Shown: one piece after another, positions 53,224 to 56,818 of the stretch | How the letters are laid out: the number at the start of each line of letters is the position of its first letter | How positions within the stretch are numbered: position 1 is the stretch's first letter | Source of the DNA: an uncultured Dehalococcoidales bacterium | GTDB lineage: Bacteria; Chloroflexota; Dehalococcoidia; Dehalococcoidales; W111 | Assembly: GCA_964575695.1 (NCBI GenBank) | Contig: CAZNSC010000003.1 | Coordinates: forward strand, 1 to 56,818 | DNA: 56,818 bases | Direction of reading: 5' to 3' | Notes under the pieces: model-generated | Seen by the model: the letters and a program-made list of their open reading frames with translations, nothing else | The model's database searches: none | Told to the model about the DNA's origin: nothing | Position numbers and translations under genes: made by a program

Positions 53224-53892
53224 CTAAATACCTTCTAACCTGTTTAAATAATTGCACCATTGGCAATCTGGTGAGTGTTCAGGAACCTCCGGAAGTTCTA
53301 GTAGGTCTAAGACTTCACTTACAAAGTGTAAAAAATTGTCTTCATCCTTCTCAATCTCAATCCAAGTAATATCTGCCCTATAAAGAAGTTGCTCAATATT
53401 GTCTTGGTCAATACTTGAAGGATAGAAATACAACAGTCCCATTTTGGTGATAGGCGCTAAAGCTAGCCTATCGGGAGCAGCATGTTCAAGTGCATAAGCG
53501 TATGCCTGTAATTGACGTTTGTACATGTTCGCAGATTCTTTACCGGGATTACCGGTTTTGAAATCTACTACACCGTACGTTTCATCGTCAAAGCCAATTA
53601 CAATATCAAACCTACCGCTGATATAGCAAGTAGAATCGTGATTTTGTAACTGAATTACCTGCGAACGAACGTACTTCTCTCCATGACTAACTATTCCCGG
53701 GGGAAGAGCAGCATGTAATTCACTTGTGCGTTTACCATCGTAATGGTTCTTTAGAAGACTAGCGATTTGGCTAAATACAGAAGGCAACGGAATCGATGGC
53801 TGCACAATATTGTGAACCATTTTGAGATAAAAGCATCGCTTGCATCCTGAATATGAGAATGTAAGGTCTGAAGGACTCAATTTAAAATTCAT
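53224..53892 (-). CDS. PD-(D/E)XK nuclease, Cas4/RecB-like, with four Cys
   Basis: GRFD...VVDFKTG...YKRQLQAYAYAL core. CKRC near the N-terminus and CQWC near the C-terminus could ligate an Fe-S cluster. Confidence 0.7.
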   Translation of the reverse strand: MNFKLSPSDLTFSYSGCKRCFYLKMVHNIVQPSIPLPSVFSQIASLLKNHYDGKRTSELHAALPPGIVSHGEKYVRSQVIQLQNHDSTCYISGRFDIVIGFDDETYGVVDFKTGNPGKESANMYKRQLQAYAYALEHAAPDRLALAPITKMGLLYFYPSSIDQDNIEQLLYRADITWIEIEKDEDNFLHFVSEVLDLLELPEVPEHSPDCQWCNYLNRLEGI

Positions 53893-53939
53893 TCGTTATA
53901 AATCCAACTTTAGAAGCTTATGAGGGCCCCATTCGCTAT

Positions 53940-54185
53940 TCAGAAGAATCCACCACCAGGATGAAGCCTAAAAGCTCCTAATACGGTAGCGATACAGCAC
54001 AGTACTATCGCAGCTACACCTAATCTGTTTGATTTCCTTGCTTTAGCAACACCTATTACGCCAATCACTAAACCGGCTATTGCGAATGGAATGACACCCC
54101 AGTTCATCCACCCCAGAAGAGGAAGGAAAGCTACGAACATTCCCATTATGCTGAAAACGCCGAAAAGTAATCCTATAAACTGCAT
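53940..54185 (-). CDS. Small membrane protein (3 TM)
   Basis: 81 aa, hydrophobic. Abuts the upstream ORF with no gap. Confidence 0.6.
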   Translation of the reverse strand: MQFIGLLFGVFSIMGMFVAFLPLLGWMNWGVIPFAIAGLVIGVIGVAKARKSNRLGVAAIVLCCIATVLGAFRLHPGGGFF

Positions 54186-54548
54186 TTAGTCCTCTTCTTC
54201 TAGCTCTTCAAGCATTTCTCGTTCTAGGCTATTACGAATAATTTCTGTATAATCTTGGATAATCTCAATTACTGCTTCTTCATCAATGCTATATTTATCT
54301 GCGATATCTCTAGCTACTTTCTTGGTTATCTCCATTGCCACGTATGGCTGAGTATCCATCTCCTCGTTTGGATAGCTCTCATTTAGATATCGTCCAAAAT
54401 CATCAATCATCTCGGTATAATCTTGGATGATATTATCAACAAGTTCTTCATCGATCCGCCATCTCGTTGCTGTATCTGAAATTGCCCGAGTTTCTATTTC
54501 AGCCATTTTGTCTTCGTCTAAAGCATTGTTGTCGTTCAAATCACTCAA
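54186..54548 (-). CDS. Highly acidic protein with an internal ~37-aa duplication
   Basis: IDEELVDNIIQDYTEMI and IDEEAVIEIIQDYTEII. The DNA repeat GTATAATCTTGGAT occurs twice. TTG start. Confidence 0.55.
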   Translation of the reverse strand: MSDLNDNNALDEDKMAEIETRAISDTATRWRIDEELVDNIIQDYTEMIDDFGRYLNESYPNEEMDTQPYVAMEITKKVARDIADKYSIDEEAVIEIIQDYTEIIRNSLEREMLEELEEED

Positions 54549-54813
54549 CTACTTGTTCCCACGTCTACCCGACATTCTTGTAATAATTTAATCGCCTATA
54601 GTAACCTTATTATAGACCATCTTGTGAGTTTATCGATACTCCATCGTCCCCTTCGAATCCAACCCGATAGTGGGCTATGGTGAGTGAAAAGTGGAAACTC
54701 CAGGATGTAGGTTTGTTTCATGATCGAGCTGACTATTGTGGCTTTGCTGGCCGAATACCATTGACGCAAGACAAAACCAAAAGTTAAATGTATACGCTAG
54801 TTGGCAACCCGCA

Positions 54814-54842
54814 TTGAAAAGACAAGGGTGACATGTTATAGT
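54814..54842 (+). promoter_or_regulatory. Promoter of the NfeD-like gene
   Basis: TTGAAA (54814-54819)-N17-TATAGT (54837-54842), 32 nt upstream of ATG 54875. Confidence 0.5.
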
Positions 54843-54874
54843 GCAAAAGATTAAGGCCACACCATAAGGATAAT

Positions 54875-55255
54875 ATGCTAGAAAAAATAGTCGAGTTCAT
54901 CGAATCTTTGTTTGACGCCACTAATTTGAGCTCTCCATTATTTCAAATAGATTCAAGTTGGTTTAAAATTAACCCATTGCTATTTATTATTCTCATTGTA
55001 ATAGCTATTGCTGCTTTCCTTGCCATCGCAATTATTTGGGGAACTAGAGCAGCACAGCGTAAGATACTTGCTGGCAAGGAGGACCTAATAGGTAAGATAG
55101 CTGAAGTGAAGACGCTCCTAAAGCCCAAGGGGACAGTCCTAATTCAAGGGGAACTCTGGAAAGCAATATCAGAGGAAGGCTTAGCGAAACCTGGAGATGA
55201 AGTGGTCATAACTAAGGTTGACCGCTTAGAATTATGGGTCACCAAAGCTAAATAA
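54875..55255 (+). CDS. NfeD-like membrane protein (OB-fold C-terminus)
   Basis: TM helices followed by GKIAEVKTLLKPKGTVLIQGELWKAISEEGLAKPGDEVVITKVDRLELWV. Confidence 0.75.
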   Translation: MLEKIVEFIESLFDATNLSSPLFQIDSSWFKINPLLFIILIVIAIAAFLAIAIIWGTRAAQRKILAGKEDLIGKIAEVKTLLKPKGTVLIQGELWKAISEEGLAKPGDEVVITKVDRLELWVTKAK

Positions 55256-55283
55256 CTATTTCCATAGCAATATTGTACGTGGA

Positions 55284-55577
55284 TTAATAATTGGGCCAAT
55301 CTTCAATAGGGAAAAGAGTCCCTTGCTTTGTATCTGAAGAGGTAATTGTATATTTCTTAGCTGGCTTTGATAGCTTAATCCAACCCTTGGGGCAACGATA
55401 TTCTCGACCACCACGATGCATGCGATAAGGTTTATTTCCTATTGCCTCAAAGTAGCGTTGCCAGCTTTTTCTGTAAGTGAAGATAGTGGCAAAATCCTCT
55501 GCCTCGTTAAAAACTATACAGGTCTCTCGTTGGTACCTTGATAGTTTCAATCTGGCTTCCCCTTCCTCAGTAACCAT
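55284..55577 (-). CDS. Hypothetical protein (97 aa)
   Basis: Co-directional with 55621-55884 and 43 nt downstream of it. No family recognised. Confidence 0.45.
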   Translation of the reverse strand: MVTEEGEARLKLSRYQRETCIVFNEAEDFATIFTYRKSWQRYFEAIGNKPYRMHRGGREYRCPKGWIKLSKPAKKYTITSSDTKQGTLFPIEDWPNY

Positions 55578-55620
55578 GGATGTGTTGCCTGCTCTCTTGT
55601 TCTAACAATAAAATTTAGCG

Positions 55621-55884
55621 TTAAATGTGCCTGCTGTCAAACCAACTACTGCCATCATCATCTTTATCTACCAATGGACGCTCATTGCCAAGTTTATGCT
55701 GGCGTCTTATCCAAGCACCTATTAATTGCTTTGAATTGTCGAAACCATGCGTATTCATAGTTAAAGTTCTTAACCAAAATTCGCCGCAGTTGGGGCATTT
55801 ATATAGAAAAGGATCATCTTTCTGCGAAGGATATCGTTGCTCTTTTAAGGTACTGGAACAAATTGGACACAAATCTTCCGACAT
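55621..55884 (-). CDS. Zinc-ribbon hypothetical protein (87 aa)
   Basis: CPIC...CPNCG. AGGAGG RBS. An extended -10 (TGGTATAAT, plus coordinates 55949-55957) lies upstream. Confidence 0.55.
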   Translation of the reverse strand: MSEDLCPICSSTLKEQRYPSQKDDPFLYKCPNCGEFWLRTLTMNTHGFDNSKQLIGAWIRRQHKLGNERPLVDKDDDGSSWFDSRHI

Positions 55885-56066
55885 TGTGCCATACCTCCTA
55901 TATAATCGTAACGGAAGAATTCAATAATACATATCAAGTTCCTTAAGCATTATACCATGTTTATTTGCTTGTAGAATAAATGTAGGAGATTCATTACGGT
56001 TGACAACGTATTATTGAGAACGAGGTGTTTATCTGATACACTTGGATTACGATTACATAGGTGTGT

Positions 56067-56818
56067 TGACCTGCCCCCCGAAAACGATACCAGTTATAAT
56101 CTCGTAAAAGGGGGTAGAAATGGCCAAGAAAGGTTTTACACCGGAACAGATCATCAACAAGCTTCGTGAAGCGGAAATACTACTCAACCAGGGCGCAACC
56201 ATCGCCGTTGCACCAAGAAGATCGGGATCAGTGATTATACCTACTATCGCTGGCGGAAAGAATACGGCGGTATGAGAGTGGACCAGGCTCGCCGGCTCAA
56301 AGAGTTAGAGCAAGAAAACTCCCGCTTGAAGAAGCTGGTAGCCGATCTGTCCCTGGACAATGCCATTCTCAAAGAAGCCTCACGGGGAAACTTTTAAGCC
56401 CGTCTCGTAGACGTAAGATAGTGATGCAGGTATCTCAGAAGTTAGGTGTCTCGGAAAGGCGGGCATGTAAGGTACTAGAGCAAGCCAGGGCCTACTCAGC
56501 GACGCAATCTATCGCCACCATTGGATGAGAAAAGGCTTACTGAGGACATTGTGGCCCTGGCGACCAGGTATGGAGGGTATGGCTACCGCAGGATCACGGC
56601 CTTATTGAATAATAATGAGCACGGGTGGAGGGTGAACCACAAAAGGGTAGAAAGGATCTGGAGAAAGGAAGGGCTCAAGGTGCCCAAGAAGCAACCCAAA
56701 CGAGGTAGATTATGGCTTAATGATGGCTCCTGTATCCGGCTCAGGCCGGAGTATAAGGACCACGTCTGGAGCTATGATTTTATGATAGACCGCACGGCTG
56801 ATGGCAGGGCCTTCAAAA
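56067..56818 (+). mobile_element. IS3-family element (IS407-like left end), partial at the window edge and degenerate
   Basis: The terminus is TGACCTGCCCCC at 56067. orfA (ATG 56120) reads ..EQIINKLREAE.., with a leucine-zipper region RRLKELEQENSRLKKLVADLSLDN. orfB lies in the -1 frame (..YGYRRITALL..). Extra frameshifts are present in both. Confidence 0.8.

Noticed and set aside
1-56818. CRISPR arrays, rRNA genes and riboswitches upstream of the P-type ATPase or the ABC transporter.
   Set aside because: No regularly spaced direct repeats and no rRNA-like conserved blocks were found by eye. The leaders examined (48175-48439; 1500-1700) show no motif I can assign to a known riboswitch class without a covariance-model scan.

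Overview
This is a 56.8-kb window from what looks like a strictly anaerobic bacterium. That guess rests on GGAGG-type RBSs and gene families common in Chloroflexota-like anaerobes, and it is inference only. I saw no rRNA, no intact tRNA and no CRISPR array.

Layout:
1. 0.2-9.3 kb is a mixed block. It holds a GNAT acetyltransferase, a UspA-family protein, an ABC-2 exporter, an HtrA-like lipoprotein protease, a Mo-oxidoreductase, a SAM methyltransferase split by an in-frame TGA with a SECIS-like hairpin, and a decayed ABC-2 permease.
2. 9.3-17.4 kb is a tightly packed 17-gene plus-strand operon behind a near-consensus promoter. It encodes a DUF134 regulator, a DUF364 protein, a Fur-family repressor, several RG/GW/GM-rich DUF5320-type proteins, two NifX-like proteins, two ferredoxin-fused MinD/CooC-type ATPases, FmdB zinc ribbons, a methyltransferase, an Mrp/ApbC ATPase lacking its CxxC, and a truncated IscU. 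I rank this as the best candidate for an undescribed metallocofactor system.
3. 17.5-21 kb holds a frameshifted response regulator, a methyltransferase, a recombinase remnant and a flavoprotein.
4. 21.1-28.5 kb holds an Lrp regulator, a UbiD decarboxylase, a HAD-like protein, an unknown protein and a split PEP-synthase-like kinase. The set resembles phenylphosphate synthase/carboxylase.
5. About 28.8-50.3 kb is a putative integrative island. It is bounded by diverged copies of an integrase 3' end plus an att-like repeat. It carries an FHA / Ser-Thr kinase / PP2C module with shuffled beta-helix and binding-protein-like domains, an IS110 element, a CheB-CheR-PAS histidine kinase, an IS6-like fragment, a P-type ATPase and a frameshifted integrase.
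6. 50.3-56.8 kb is further accessory DNA. It holds a candidate sRNA with its own promoter and terminator, a tRNA-Met-like 3' fragment, a PD-(D/E)XK nuclease operon, an NfeD-like protein and the left end of a decayed IS3-family element.

Frameshifts and gene remnants are concentrated in mobile and accessory genes.
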